From Hyphomicrobiales bacterium (GTDB taxonomy: Bacteria > Pseudomonadota > Alphaproteobacteria > Rhizobiales > JAJFHC01), in NCBI GenBank assembly GCA_965275905.1, contig CBDHYJ010000078.1, forward strand, positions 83,773-147,772: a stretch of DNA of 64,000 bases. Direction: 5' to 3'. Below are positions 63,245 to 64,000 of this stretch, piece after piece. A model generated the notes under the pieces. It searched no databases and was not told the DNA's origin. It was given only the letters and a program-made list of their open reading frames with translations. The position numbers and the translations under genes were made by a program. Within the stretch, counting starts at the first letter, position 1. Every line of letters starts with the position of its first letter.

Positions 63245-64000
63245 ATGTTTGCAAAAATCAAGGGGCTTATTGCGCCCGGCGGCGGAGCCGTGGGCGTGGG
63301 AACACGTATCTATGCAGTTGTCGGAATGTGTCTCGGGCTGCTTGTCGCGGTCGCCGGAACGGGGCTGTTCGAACTGTTCTCGATCGGCAAGAACATCGAG
63401 TCGATTGCCAGGCGCGACATCCCGCTGACGGAGGCGCTGACAAAGGTCACTGTGCACCAGCTGGAGCAGGCCGTGCATTTCGAGCGCGCGTTGCGCTACG
63501 GCGTGGAAATGGAGAGAGATTCCTCAGCCGCGCAGAGCTTCGCCGTCGAATCGGAGAAGTTCACCGAACTCGGAGCGAAGGTCGCCGTCGAGATCAGGGA
63601 CATCGAAAAGATGATCTCCGGCTGGCTGGCGGCCGGCGGTCTCTCGGCCAAGGAGCGGGTCGAGTTCGACAAGGTCCTCAAGGAGATGAAGGGCATTCAT
63701 GCCGAGCACGACGCCTATGACGCCGGCGTGGCCAGGATCAAGAACGCACTGCAATCCGGCGATGTCGCATCGGCCCTCAAGGAAGCAAAGTCGATCACGG
63801 TTATTGAAGACAAGCTCGATAAACACCTCGAAACCGTGCTGTTCGATGTCGAGGCATTCACGGCGCAAGCGGCGAATGATGCCGAGGCGAGCGAGAAGTT
63901 CGCTCTGACGTTGATGGCGATCATCGCGGTTGTGGCGCTCGCGCTTGGATCGTTCATGTCGTATCGGATCGTCAGCCGGAAGGTTGTCTCTCCCCTGCGC
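63245..64000 (+). CDS. Chemoreceptor-type sensor (probably methyl-accepting chemotaxis protein), 3'-partial; absent from the ORF track
   Basis: MFAKIKG...TM1 (IYAVVGMCLGLLVAVAG), periplasmic helical domain (DIPLTEALTKVTVHQLEQ), TM2 then V.SPL HAMP entry at the window edge. Confidence 0.78.
   Translation, partial: MFAKIKGLIAPGGGAVGVGTRIYAVVGMCLGLLVAVAGTGLFELFSIGKNIESIARRDIPLTEALTKVTVHQLEQAVHFERALRYGVEMERDSSAAQSFAVESEKFTELGAKVAVEIRDIEKMISGWLAAGGLSAKERVEFDKVLKEMKGIHAEHDAYDAGVARIKNALQSGDVASALKEAKSITVIEDKLDKHLETVLFDVEAFTAQAANDAEASEKFALTLMAIIAVVALALGSFMSYRIVSRKVVSPLR

Overview
GC-rich window from an alphaproteobacterium, most consistent with Hyphomicrobiales (Rhizobiales). Housekeeping genes (ettA, mlaA/mlaC, sahR-metF-metH) suggest it is chromosomal. 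Bases 1-23.6 kb hold one co-oriented + strand cluster: aldehyde dehydrogenase, AraC regulator, Liv-type ABC transporter with its LivF fused to a Tm-1-like (UPF0261) domain, TIM-barrel partner, a 1226-aa SPFH/flotillin protein, two SRPBCC proteins, a four-subunit xanthine-oxidase-family molybdoenzyme, MoxR/VWA chaperones, three hydrolases, and a short ParA ATPase with a non-ParB partner. The flotillin carries 53 consecutive 11-residue repeats. The main hypothesis, which is inference only, is a membrane-anchored SPFH cage or scaffold that organises a catabolic pathway and is positioned by a ParA/adaptor pair. The rest of the window has pbpC/alpha-2-macroglobulin, an orphan HlyC-like acyltransferase, an L,D-transpeptidase, a TRAP plus homogentisate (hmgA) cluster, a proline-racemase-family gene, REP-like elements, a ureohydrolase, an SDR/GNAT pair, a 27-aa small membrane protein and a partial chemoreceptor. 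Three local clusters of frameshifts (liv genes, SMP-30 fusion, metH) look like sequencing or assembly errors. All family assignments come from motif recognition by eye; no searches were run.
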